A stretch of DNA of 64,000 nucleotides, from positions 41,490-105,489 of the forward strand of contig JBAXXP010000002.1 in NCBI GenBank assembly GCA_037127815.1, written 5' to 3'. Below the pieces are notes generated by a model. The model searched no databases. It worked only from the letters and a program-made list of their open reading frames with translations, and was not told the DNA's origin. Both the position numbers and the translations under genes were made by a program. Source of the DNA: a bacterium (lineage in GTDB: Bacteria > Patescibacteriota > Minisyncoccia > Phycocordibacterales > CAIZLB01). Position 1 is the stretch's first letter; the number at the start of each line of letters is the position of its first letter. Below are positions 28,318-37,986 of the stretch, piece by piece.

Positions 28318-28968
28318 ATGCAAGAAGAAGATCAACAAATTAATACAATGGCAGACTTAAGCTTAGATCCCGAATTAGAAATTTCAAAAAGAATTGAGGC
28401 TATTTTATTTTGGAAAGGCGAGTCTTTGAGTAAAAAAGATATTCTTAAGTTTATAGAAATGGATGAAGAGTCAAAAGAGTTATTGTCTAAAGTAAACTCT
28501 GACAAAGAGATAGCTTTTGATATTTCTATTGAGAAATTAAAAAAAGAAATGAGTGGACGAGGTGTTTGTCTGCTTCAAATTGATGACAGCTACGCACTTA
28601 GAACTTCACCGTCAATCGCTGGTTTAATTGAAAAGCTTCAAATAGAAGAGCTAAATAAAGACCTAGGAAAAGCAACAACAGAAACACTATCGCTTATTAT
28701 CTACAGAGGTCCAATCAGAAGAAGCGATATTGATAATATTAGAGGTGTAAATTCTTCATATATCCTTAGAAACCTAATGATTAGAGGACTTATCGATAAA
28801 GATGTTGATCCAAAGAACTCTAGAACTAATATTTACAAGCCATCATTTGAGCTACTATCATATCTTGGTGTGACAAATATTGAGAACTTGCCAAATTATA
28901 AAGAAGTAATAAATGAATTAAATAAATTCGATGAAGATTTCAACACAAAACAAGAATCAGCAGAATAA
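28318..28968 (+). CDS. scpB: Segregation and condensation protein B
   Basis: EAILFWKGESLSKKDI ... LIIYRGPIRRSDIDNIRGVNSSYILRNLMIRGLI (tandem winged-helix ScpB). Confidence 0.8.
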   Translation: MQEEDQQINTMADLSLDPELEISKRIEAILFWKGESLSKKDILKFIEMDEESKELLSKVNSDKEIAFDISIEKLKKEMSGRGVCLLQIDDSYALRTSPSIAGLIEKLQIEELNKDLGKATTETLSLIIYRGPIRRSDIDNIRGVNSSYILRNLMIRGLIDKDVDPKNSRTNIYKPSFELLSYLGVTNIENLPNYKEVINELNKFDEDFNTKQESAE

Positions 28969-30052
28969 AAGAAGACGTAAGACTTTTTTTTACACAGAAA
29001 CATTTACTAACCCCGGTGTGCTTTTTTTAACAGCTTTGCTGTGCATGATTTCATTAGGTGGTACTAGTAAAATGGAGGCTCAAGTTTTTACTAATACAGC
29101 AATACCAGTTTTTTCACAATTAACAGCAACATCGACAAACACTTTCAATTTATTGGCGATTCCGCAAACAGCAACATCTTCCATCGCTCATTTAGGAACA
29201 TCCACTATTTTGGATTTATTAAATATAAACAAAATAAAAGCTCCAGAAATTGTCGCAAAAGGTGCAGCAGTATATGATATTTCAGATAAAGAATTCATAT
29301 ACTCAAAAGACGCAGAGGAGTCTTTGCCGATGGCATCTCTTGTAAAAATTTTAACAGCGACAGTATTTCTAGATATTAACAAGCTAAGAGAAAAGCAGGG
29401 TAATTCTATTGGTAATATAAGTATAATCAAAAAAAATATTGGTTATAATGCTGGAGATAGAAGTCTAATAAATAAAGAGGTTTGGAGATCGGATAATCTT
29501 ATTAAATATATGCTGATCACATCTTCAAATATTGCAGCTGAATCATTGGCAAGCAGTATCGTTGATGATGAATTTTCTTTCTCTCTATTAATGAATAAGA
29601 CAGTGAAGGATTTAGGGTATAAAAGTTTTAGTTTCAAAAATAGCAGCGGTTTACCAATCGCTAATCCTGATTATGACGCCAAGGATGCAAGTTCATCCAA
29701 GCTAATATCTTCTAGTTTTGGAAATGCAAAAGAAATTGCTGTACTTTATAATACACTTTTTTTAAATTATCCATTTCTTGGATCAGCAAGTATCATACCT
29801 GAAGCGACGTTTCTAAACTGGTCTGGAAATACGCATGACACAAAAAATGTTAATGCCTCACTTTCTCAAATTCCTAATATTATTGCAGGTAAAACTGGTA
29901 CAACAGATGAAGCTGGTGGAAACTTGATCATAATCATAGAAGCAAATAAGAAGAAATATGTAATAGTTATTCTTGGATCAACAATTGAAGATAGGTACTC
30001 TGATACATTGAAATTAGCCTCGTCCACAGAGGCATTTGCGGCATTAAAGTAG
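28931..30052 (+). CDS. Serine-type D-Ala-D-Ala carboxypeptidase (PBP5/DacA-like, class A fold)
   Basis: Signal/TM segment, then SxxK (MASLVKIL), SxN (ITSSN) and KTG (KTGTT) motifs. The 5' end overlaps scpB by ~38 nt, so the true start may be a later ATG. Confidence 0.65.
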   Translation: MKISTQNKNQQNKRRRKTFFYTETFTNPGVLFLTALLCMISLGGTSKMEAQVFTNTAIPVFSQLTATSTNTFNLLAIPQTATSSIAHLGTSTILDLLNINKIKAPEIVAKGAAVYDISDKEFIYSKDAEESLPMASLVKILTATVFLDINKLREKQGNSIGNISIIKKNIGYNAGDRSLINKEVWRSDNLIKYMLITSSNIAAESLASSIVDDEFSFSLLMNKTVKDLGYKSFSFKNSSGLPIANPDYDAKDASSSKLISSSFGNAKEIAVLYNTLFLNYPFLGSASIIPEATFLNWSGNTHDTKNVNASLSQIPNIIAGKTGTTDEAGGNLIIIIEANKKKYVIVILGSTIEDRYSDTLKLASSTEAFAALK

Positions 30053-30072
30053 AAATGTCATAATCTAATAAT

Positions 30073-31128
30073 ATGACAACTGATTTAATTAAGGTATTGT
30101 TTTCCGCCGTTGTTTCTTTTATGATTGGAATCGCCATAACACCATACTTATCTGGTTTTATGTATAAACATAAAATGTGGCGTAAAAAATCAAGGAGCCA
30201 AGAGAATGTTGATGCTATGTCTGATACATTTAAAAAAATCCATAATGAAAAAGGGGAGACCGGTACACCAAGAGTAGGTGGCGTCATTATTTGGATTTCA
30301 GTTTTGGCCGTAATTGTGATTTTATATATTATTTCATTCTTTGTACTAGGAGATGTATCGGCAAAATTAAACTTTTTAAGTAGAAATCAAACGCTATTGC
30401 CCCTAGGGATGTTCTTGTTCGCCTCTATTTTTGGACTTGCGGATGACTTACTTCAAATTTACGGGAAAGGCTTAAATTTATCTGAGGGGATATCAAGAAA
30501 GGTCAGGGTCCTGACAGTACTAATGATTGGTGCAGTTGGTGCAGCTTGGTTTTATTTTAAACTTCAAAATTTATCCGTTCATATTCCTTTTTACGGAGAT
30601 ATGTGGATAGGACTTTTGTTTATACCATTCTTTATAGCTGTTGTTTTTGTAATTTTTAGTGGTTCTGTTATAGATGGAATCGATGGTCTTGCTGGAGGTG
30701 TACTATCTGCTGCATTTGGTGCTTATACAATAATCGCTATTGCACAACATCAAGTTGATATAGCAGCCTTTTGTGCAGCTATAATTGGAGGACTTCTTGC
30801 TTTTTTGTGGTTCAATATTCCACCAGCTAGATTCTATTTAGGAGAAACTGGGATAATGGGACTAACGATTACGCTTGCTGTTGTTGCGTTCTTAACAAAT
30901 CAAGTTGTAGTACTTCCTATTATTGCTCTGCCTTTGATTGTTACCTCTTTGTCATCTAGCTTACAAATGTTTTCAAAGAAATACTTTGGTAAGAAACTTT
31001 TCAAAATTGCCCCCCTTCATCATCATTTTGAGGCATTGGGTTGGCCACCTTATAAGGTAACAATGAGATATTGGATTATTTCTATTATCTGCGCCATAAT
31101 TGGTACTGTAATCGCACTTATCGGTTAA
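30073..31128 (+). CDS. mraY: Phospho-N-acetylmuramoyl-pentapeptide transferase
   Basis: Polytopic membrane protein with DDLLQIYG, VIDGIDGLAGG and the C-terminal PLHHHFE motif. Confidence 0.9.
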   Translation: MTTDLIKVLFSAVVSFMIGIAITPYLSGFMYKHKMWRKKSRSQENVDAMSDTFKKIHNEKGETGTPRVGGVIIWISVLAVIVILYIISFFVLGDVSAKLNFLSRNQTLLPLGMFLFASIFGLADDLLQIYGKGLNLSEGISRKVRVLTVLMIGAVGAAWFYFKLQNLSVHIPFYGDMWIGLLFIPFFIAVVFVIFSGSVIDGIDGLAGGVLSAAFGAYTIIAIAQHQVDIAAFCAAIIGGLLAFLWFNIPPARFYLGETGIMGLTITLAVVAFLTNQVVVLPIIALPLIVTSLSSSLQMFSKKYFGKKLFKIAPLHHHFEALGWPPYKVTMRYWIISIICAIIGTVIALIG

Positions 31129-31156
31129 TGTTAACTAGAAGTAGTTTTAAAATATA

Positions 31157-32275
31157 ATGTCATCAAAATCAATAGCTAAAAAAAGTGGTGGAGTAGATAA
31201 GATATTTCTATTCCTAACTATTATATTAGTTATTGTTGGTTTCTTTATTTTTTATTCTGCATCACTCGGACTTCTTGCTGGAGGAACTGTCAAATTCATG
31301 TCAGTTACATTTAATCAGATTGTTTTTGGTATTTTAGGAGGGGGAATAGCAGCAACTATCACCGCCTTCATTCCATATACTTTTTGGAGAAAATGGGGTT
31401 TTCTATTTTTTGGAGGATCAGTGGTATTAATGCTTCTTGTTTTTGTACCACATGTTGGAATCTTTCATGGAGGAGCAAGAAGGTGGATTGGCTTTGGGGG
31501 AGCATCTATGCAACCAGCAGAATTTTATAAAATTGGATTTGTTCTCTATACAGCAGCATGGTTTGCTTCTGTAAAACAGAAGGCCTCCACACTAAAGTTT
31601 GGTACAATTCCACTAATTATATTGATTGCATTATCAGCTGGTCTTATTTTAATGCAACCAGATACAGAAACATTCTTAGTTGTTGCAGCATCAGCTGTTG
31701 CAATTTATTTAGTATCAGGAGGGCAATGGAAACATCTATTTCTTATTGCGGGCGTTGGCGCAATAGGATTAGCAGTCTTAGTATCGCAAAGACCATATTT
31801 ACAGCAAAGAATTAGTACTTTTATGGATCCATCAAAGGATGCAACAGGGAGTGGTTATCAAATTCAACAATCATTAATTGCGATTGGTTCAGGTGGTTTA
31901 ACTGGAAGAGGTTTTGGACAAAGCACCCAAAAGTTTGCCTTCTTACCAGAACCAATTGGAGACTCTATTTTTGCTGTAGCATCTGAGGAGTTTGGTTTTG
32001 TTGGATCAGTTGCAATTATTCTTCTTTATATAATGTTTGCTTTTCAAGCACTTAGAATTGCAACAAGAGTACCTGACCCATTTGGCGCATATGTCATAGT
32101 TGGTATTATAGTTTTGATTGTCTTGCAGTCCTTTATGAATATTGCTGCTATGCTTGCCATCGTTCCACTCTCTGGAACACCTCTATTGTTTATTTCACAC
32201 GGGGGAACAGCCCTATTCTTTACCATGGCTTCAGCTGGTATTATTTTGAATATATCTAGGTATCAGAAGCGTTAA
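31157..32275 (+). CDS. ftsW: SEDS-family peptidoglycan glycosyltransferase FtsW/RodA
   Basis: About 10 TM helices, IGSGGLTGRGFGQSTQKF, PEPIGDSIFAVASEEFGF. Confidence 0.85.
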   Translation: MSSKSIAKKSGGVDKIFLFLTIILVIVGFFIFYSASLGLLAGGTVKFMSVTFNQIVFGILGGGIAATITAFIPYTFWRKWGFLFFGGSVVLMLLVFVPHVGIFHGGARRWIGFGGASMQPAEFYKIGFVLYTAAWFASVKQKASTLKFGTIPLIILIALSAGLILMQPDTETFLVVAASAVAIYLVSGGQWKHLFLIAGVGAIGLAVLVSQRPYLQQRISTFMDPSKDATGSGYQIQQSLIAIGSGGLTGRGFGQSTQKFAFLPEPIGDSIFAVASEEFGFVGSVAIILLYIMFAFQALRIATRVPDPFGAYVIVGIIVLIVLQSFMNIAAMLAIVPLSGTPLLFISHGGTALFFTMASAGIILNISRYQKR

Positions 32276-32375
32276 AAATAAAACGCACTTCTATACAAAA
32301 TCTATTAATCAAGAACAAGGAAAAATACAAAAAATCGACGTTTTCTATAATTCTAATTCATGGTAATATCTACCT

Positions 32376-33842
32376 ATGACATCAATTGAAGAAATACGCG
32401 AACAACGCATACAAAAAATTAAAGACCTGCAAGAAAAGGGAATTGAAGCTTTCCCTGTAGTTTCATATATTGATCAAACTAATAAGCAGTTCACAGAAGA
32501 TTTTAAGGAACTACTTGAATCACAAAAAGAAGTCACATTAGGTGGACGTATTTTGTCTGTGAGAGGACAGGGAAAAGTAGGTTTTGCAGACATCATGGAC
32601 GGAACATCAGATAAGGTTCAATGTTTTCTTTCTATAGATAATCTTAGCGAGGAATCACTTGGTGATTTCTTTGCATTAATTGACACTAGCGACTTCATAG
32701 AATTTAAAGGTGTTGCATATATTACAAAAAGAGGTACTGAGGCTCTACTTGTAAAGGAATGGAGACTTCTTGCGAAAAGTTTAAGACCTATGCCTGACTC
32801 ATGGTTTGGTTTAACTGATGAGGATGAAAGATATAGAAAGCGATACGTGGATATGGTATTAAATCCAGAACTAAGAGACATGATGAAAAGAAGAAGCGCT
32901 TTCTGGAATGTTATGAGAAATTTTCTTATTGAAAGAGATTATATTGAGGTTGAAACTCCAGTACTTGAAAATACAACAGGGGGAGCTGATGCAAAGCCTT
33001 TTGTTACACACCACAACGCACTGGACATTGATGTTTACCTTAGAATATCAGCTGGTGAACTATGGCAAAAAAGGCTACTTGTTGCAGGATTACCAAAGAC
33101 TTTTGAAATTGGAAGGATTTTTAGAAATGAAGGAATGTCACCAGAACACGGCCAAGATTATACTCAAATTGAATTCTATGAAGCCTACAGTGACTTTGAT
33201 AAAGGAATGAAAATGGTTAAAGAATTGTATGTTCAAATTGCAGAAAAAGTTTATGGAAAGACTGTTTTTGAAAACAAAGGTCACACTTTTGATCTAGCTA
33301 GTGAATGGGCAATTTATGATTTCTCTAAAATAATTAAAGAAAAATTTAATATTGATGTTCATAATAATAGTACAGAAGAAGTAGAGAGAGAACTCGTTAA
33401 AAATAAAATTGATTTTGATAAAAAAACAATTAGTAGTGAGCGTGGAATAGACTTACTTTGGAAATCAATAAGGAAGGATCTTTCTGGTCCTGGTTTTCTA
33501 GTTGGTATACCAGTTTATCTTGAGACATTGGCTAAAAAATCTAGAGTTGACAACAGAGTAGTTGAGAGATTCCAAATCATTCTTGCTGGAAGTGAATTAG
33601 GAAAAGGTTTCAGTGAACTTAATGATCCACTTGATCAAGAAGCTAGATTTAAGGCACAACAAGCACTGAGGGATGCAGGTGATGAAGAGGCTCAAATGGC
33701 AGACGAGGATTATGTTGAGGCAATGGAATACGGAATGCCCCCAGCATTTGGTTTTGGAGTATCAGAAAGACTATTCAGTTTTCTAGAAGGTAAAACTCTT
33801 AGAGAATGTCAGGCTTTTCCATTGATGAAGAAGAGGGAGTAG
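32376..33842 (+). CDS. lysS: Lysyl-tRNA synthetase (class II)
   Basis: RYVDMVLNPE, FIEVETPVL, FEIGRIFRNEG, and ILAGSELGKGFSELNDP with the motif-3 region. Confidence 0.9.
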   Translation: MTSIEEIREQRIQKIKDLQEKGIEAFPVVSYIDQTNKQFTEDFKELLESQKEVTLGGRILSVRGQGKVGFADIMDGTSDKVQCFLSIDNLSEESLGDFFALIDTSDFIEFKGVAYITKRGTEALLVKEWRLLAKSLRPMPDSWFGLTDEDERYRKRYVDMVLNPELRDMMKRRSAFWNVMRNFLIERDYIEVETPVLENTTGGADAKPFVTHHNALDIDVYLRISAGELWQKRLLVAGLPKTFEIGRIFRNEGMSPEHGQDYTQIEFYEAYSDFDKGMKMVKELYVQIAEKVYGKTVFENKGHTFDLASEWAIYDFSKIIKEKFNIDVHNNSTEEVERELVKNKIDFDKKTISSERGIDLLWKSIRKDLSGPGFLVGIPVYLETLAKKSRVDNRVVERFQIILAGSELGKGFSELNDPLDQEARFKAQQALRDAGDEEAQMADEDYVEAMEYGMPPAFGFGVSERLFSFLEGKTLRECQAFPLMKKRE

Positions 33843-33917
33843 TCTCATTTTTTTATACAATTTTATATACAATATTGGACTTTCTGAATAATTCCATAGA
33901 TGCTATAATTGGTACAT

Positions 33918-35060
33918 ATGAAGATATTGCTTACAGGAGGTGGTACAGGAGGCCATTTTTATCCTCTTATTGCCGTTGCAGAAGAAATTCGAGAGTTAAC
34001 TCGTAAGGAAAAAATTCTAGCTCCAAAAATTTATTATATGGCAAATACGCCATATAACTCAAAGGTACTTTTTGATCAAGAGATAGAATTCATTCACGTC
34101 ACAGCGGGAAAAAGACGAATTAACCCTGAGGGTATTTCAAAGTTACTAAATTTTATCGATCTATTCAAAATGGGTTTTGGGGTATTTTCTGCCATTATTA
34201 AAATGTTCTTTTTAATGCCAGATGTAATTTTTGCAAAAGGGGGGTATGTTAGTTACCCAGCTCTAGTTGCTGGTAGATTTTTTAGAATTCCAATTATCAT
34301 ACATGAATCAGATAGCGTCCCAGGAAGAGTAAGTAAATGGGCAGGAGGTTTTGCAGAAAAAGTCGCCGTTTCTTATAAGGAAGCTTCCGAGTTTTTTGAT
34401 GAAACAAAAGTTGCATATACTGGCAATCCAGTTAGAAAAGATATTAGCCAAATCCTTACAACGGGAGCAACAGAATACCTAGGGCTTGAAGAAGGTATTC
34501 CTGTAATTTTTGTGATGGGAGGATCACTTGGTGCTAAAATTATTAATAATATTATTTTGGAATCTCTACCTAGGCTTGTAGAAAAATACCAAGTAATTCA
34601 CCAAACTGGAAAGGCTAATTTTGAAGAAGTAAGTAGAACGGCTAATGTAATTCTAGAAAATAATCCACACAAGGGTAGATACACTCCTTTTGATTACTTA
34701 AACTCGCTTTCAATGCGAATGTCAGCTGGTGCATCTAGTCTTATAATCTCAAGAGGGGGCTCAACAATTTTTGAAATAGCCCTGTGGGGTGTTCCAAGTA
34801 TTATAATTCCAATTACAGATTCAAACGGTGATCATCAAAGGCAAAACGCATATAATTTTGCAAGAAGTGGCGGTTGCGTTGTCATTGAAGAAGCTAATCT
34901 AAATACTGGAATTATTTTAAATGAAGTTGAGAGAATTATTGGAAATGAGCACATTAAAGAAAATATGAAAAAAGGATTGAAGAACTTTGCTAGGCCAGAT
35001 GCAGCGGAATTGATAGCAATAGAAATTTTAAAGATAGCTCTTAAGCACGAGGTAGAATAG
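33918..35060 (+). CDS. murG: UDP-GlcNAc:lipid I N-acetylglucosaminyltransferase
   Basis: MKILLTGGGTGGHFYPLIAVAEE is the canonical MurG N-terminus, with a GT-B C-terminal half. Internal ATG chosen over the ORF-track start. Confidence 0.85.
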   Translation: MKILLTGGGTGGHFYPLIAVAEEIRELTRKEKILAPKIYYMANTPYNSKVLFDQEIEFIHVTAGKRRINPEGISKLLNFIDLFKMGFGVFSAIIKMFFLMPDVIFAKGGYVSYPALVAGRFFRIPIIIHESDSVPGRVSKWAGGFAEKVAVSYKEASEFFDETKVAYTGNPVRKDISQILTTGATEYLGLEEGIPVIFVMGGSLGAKIINNIILESLPRLVEKYQVIHQTGKANFEEVSRTANVILENNPHKGRYTPFDYLNSLSMRMSAGASSLIISRGGSTIFEIALWGVPSIIIPITDSNGDHQRQNAYNFARSGGCVVIEEANLNTGIILNEVERIIGNEHIKENMKKGLKNFARPDAAELIAIEILKIALKHEVE

Positions 35061-35138
35061 CCGATTTTTAAACGTAGAAATCGCATCAAAATTAACAGTT
35101 TTGTGAAGGTGCATAAAACAAGAATTACAATAAAAAAT

Positions 35139-36569
35139 ATGAATAATACAGACAACAACAAAATAAAGTCAGAGTTAGAAAAAATTAATGAAGGTGAGAT
35201 AGTGACAAGATTTGCACCATCGCCAACTGGACTATTGCATGCTGGTAATTATAGAACAGCTCTTTTTGCATATTTTGTTGCAAAGAAAAATAAAGGTAAG
35301 TTTCTACTTCGAATAGAGGACACAGACAGAGAAAGAAGTAAAAAAGAATATGAGGAAAATATCTTTGAAACATTGGAATGGTTAGGGCTTGATTATGATG
35401 GACTAGAGAGACAATCCGACAGAGTATCAAATCATAAAATGTACTTAGAGAAATTAATCAAGGAAGACAAAGCTTATATCTCAAAAGAAACTCCAGTAAA
35501 AGAAGGGGATAGGGAGGAAGTTATTAGATTTAGAAATCCTAATAAAGTTGTTACTTTTACTGATTCTGTACGTGGAGAAATCTCAGTAGATACAACAGAC
35601 CTTGGTGATTTTGTTATAGCAAAAAGTATCGATGAACCGGTATTTCATTTAGCAGTTGTTGTTGATGATTTTGAGATGGGTGTAAATTATATAATAAGAG
35701 GGGAGGATCATATTCCAAATACACCAAGACATATATTAATAATGGAAGCGATTGGGGCACCAATTCCTAGGTTCGCCCACTTACCAATTGTACTTGCTCC
35801 TGATAGAACAAAACTTTCAAAGAGAAAAGGGGCTCTTCCTTTAACTGACTACAGAGATAGGGGTTTTCTACCTGATACAATGATTAATTACATGGCAATG
35901 ATTGGCTGGAACCCAGGAGGAGAGAAAGAAATATTTACAAAGGAGGAAATAATTGATCTTTTTGATATTACAAAGGTACAAAAAGGTGGAGCTATTTTTG
36001 ATGAAGTAAAACTACGATGGGTTAATAAGGAACACATGTTAAAATTATCACACGATGATTATACAAAAAAGTTAGTAGAATTTATTCCTGAACACCTATC
36101 AACACTTACAACTTTTGCATCAAGAATAGATTCTGTAAGTGACATAATGCGAGACAGATTAGAATACTTCAAACAAATTCAGGAAGTTTATGAGGATGGA
36201 GATTTGGAGTATTTCTTTATCGATCCACTTTATGATGCAGACATACTTATTTGTGCAGAAAAAATGAGAAAAGGCAAAGAAGTTACACACGACAGTCTCG
36301 CCAAAATACTAAAAACCTGTAAACAAGAACTGGAGAAATTATCAAAGGAACAGGGCGAAGGTGGCTGGAATAAAGAGACAGTAAAAGAAGTATTATGGCC
36401 TATAGCAGAACTAGAAGGACGAGGAATAGTACTATGGGCAGTACGTGTGGCCTTGTCAGGTAAAGAGAAATCACCAGATCCGTTCATAATGGCAGAAACA
36501 ATTGGAAAAGACGAGACATTAGCTAGGATTCAAAAAGCAGAAGGTTTCCTGAAAGAGAAGATGGTGTAA
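35139..36569 (+). CDS. gltX: Glutamyl-tRNA synthetase
   Basis: RFAPSPTGLLHAGNYRTALF (HIGH region), LRIEDTDRERS and KLSKRKG (KMSKS). Start chosen at MNNTD; the ORF-track start at 35103 is also possible. Confidence 0.85.
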   Translation: MNNTDNNKIKSELEKINEGEIVTRFAPSPTGLLHAGNYRTALFAYFVAKKNKGKFLLRIEDTDRERSKKEYEENIFETLEWLGLDYDGLERQSDRVSNHKMYLEKLIKEDKAYISKETPVKEGDREEVIRFRNPNKVVTFTDSVRGEISVDTTDLGDFVIAKSIDEPVFHLAVVVDDFEMGVNYIIRGEDHIPNTPRHILIMEAIGAPIPRFAHLPIVLAPDRTKLSKRKGALPLTDYRDRGFLPDTMINYMAMIGWNPGGEKEIFTKEEIIDLFDITKVQKGGAIFDEVKLRWVNKEHMLKLSHDDYTKKLVEFIPEHLSTLTTFASRIDSVSDIMRDRLEYFKQIQEVYEDGDLEYFFIDPLYDADILICAEKMRKGKEVTHDSLAKILKTCKQELEKLSKEQGEGGWNKETVKEVLWPIAELEGRGIVLWAVRVALSGKEKSPDPFIMAETIGKDETLARIQKAEGFLKEKMV

Positions 36570-36626
36570 TAGTATTAAAAAAGGGTGCACAGAAATGATG
36601 TGGAAATAAACAAAAAACTAGACTAA

Positions 36627-37949
36627 ATGAACATTAAAAATTATAAAACAAACAAATATTCAGTACTTACTATATTTTTTACCATAACTCTTTTGTTTAT
36701 ATTTTCTATATTATTTACTCCAACAAAAACCACATTTGCAGCAAGCACTGTTGCTGAGCTACAGGCAATGATAGATGAGAAAAGTAGAAACATCGATGCA
36801 TTAAATAAGGAAATAGAATTGTATTCAAATCTATCAGATAAGACATCCGCAGAAGGAGTCACTTTACAGAAGAAAATAAAGTCATTAACTCAAAATGGAA
36901 AAATGCTTGATGCAGATATCAAGAAAACCAAGACTCAAATAGATGTTGCCAATCTGGCAATCAAAAAGCTGGGTATAAATATACAAGCTTCAACTGATAA
37001 AGTATCGCATTATCAATCGATAATATCTGAGGAGCTTAAAAATATTCAATACAGCGAAGACTCATCATTAATTGTTAATCTATTAAGTCAGAGAAATATA
37101 TCTGATGTACTGATGGAAATCGACAATCTTAGAACACTAAACGAAGAACTTAAGAAACAGATAGACACGCTTGGAACTGAAAAGAAGGTCTTGGTTCAAA
37201 ACAAAACACAGAAGGAGGAGACAAAAAAAGAACTTACAACTCTTCAAATTGAATTGACGGGTAAAAAGAAAGTTGTGGAAGCAAACACTCAGGAGCAATC
37301 TCAAATATTAAAGGAAACAAAGAGTCAAGAAAAAATATATCAAGATTTAGTAAAACAGAGACAAGCTCAAAAACTAGCCTTGGAGAAGGAACTTTTTGAT
37401 TATGAATCAACACTTAAGTACACACTTAATCCCGCATTAATACCAAAGCCATCACTTGCAGCAATGCTGAGTTGGCCACTTGATAAAGTAACTATTACTC
37501 AGCTTTTTGGAAAGACATCGGCGTCAGCGAGACTTTATGTTTCCGGGACACATAATGGTGTAGACTTTGGTGCAAAACTTGGAACTCCAGCCAAAGCAAC
37601 AGCGTCAGGTGTTATTATTGGCGCTGGAGATACTGACTTAACATGTAAAGGTGCATCCTTTGGACGATGGGTGCTTATAAAACATGATAATGGCCTAGCA
37701 ACAATTTATGGTCACTTGTCAGTCATTGGGGTTAAAGAAGGACAAAAAGTGGCAGTAGGAGACATTATAGGTTACACTGGAAATACAGGATATAGTACAG
37801 GTCCACACCTTCATATTAGTGTCTACGATGGCAACGCTGTGCATGTTGAAAATAGACCAAGTGTGTCATGTGGAGGTAAAATTTACAGAATGCCAATCGC
37901 GCCGATTGCAGCGTACCTTGATCCAATGGTTTATTTTCCAAAGAAATAA
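36627..37949 (+). CDS. M23-family (LytM domain) peptidoglycan endopeptidase with N-terminal coiled-coil (EnvC-like)
   Basis: Signal/TM, a long coiled-coil, then a C-terminal LytM domain (HNGVDFGA ... GYTGNTGYSTGPHLHISV). Confidence 0.75.
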   Translation: MNIKNYKTNKYSVLTIFFTITLLFIFSILFTPTKTTFAASTVAELQAMIDEKSRNIDALNKEIELYSNLSDKTSAEGVTLQKKIKSLTQNGKMLDADIKKTKTQIDVANLAIKKLGINIQASTDKVSHYQSIISEELKNIQYSEDSSLIVNLLSQRNISDVLMEIDNLRTLNEELKKQIDTLGTEKKVLVQNKTQKEETKKELTTLQIELTGKKKVVEANTQEQSQILKETKSQEKIYQDLVKQRQAQKLALEKELFDYESTLKYTLNPALIPKPSLAAMLSWPLDKVTITQLFGKTSASARLYVSGTHNGVDFGAKLGTPAKATASGVIIGAGDTDLTCKGASFGRWVLIKHDNGLATIYGHLSVIGVKEGQKVAVGDIIGYTGNTGYSTGPHLHISVYDGNAVHVENRPSVSCGGKIYRMPIAPIAAYLDPMVYFPKK

Positions 37950-37986
37950 AAATTTACAAATAAATTAAAATAAATAGAAATATAAT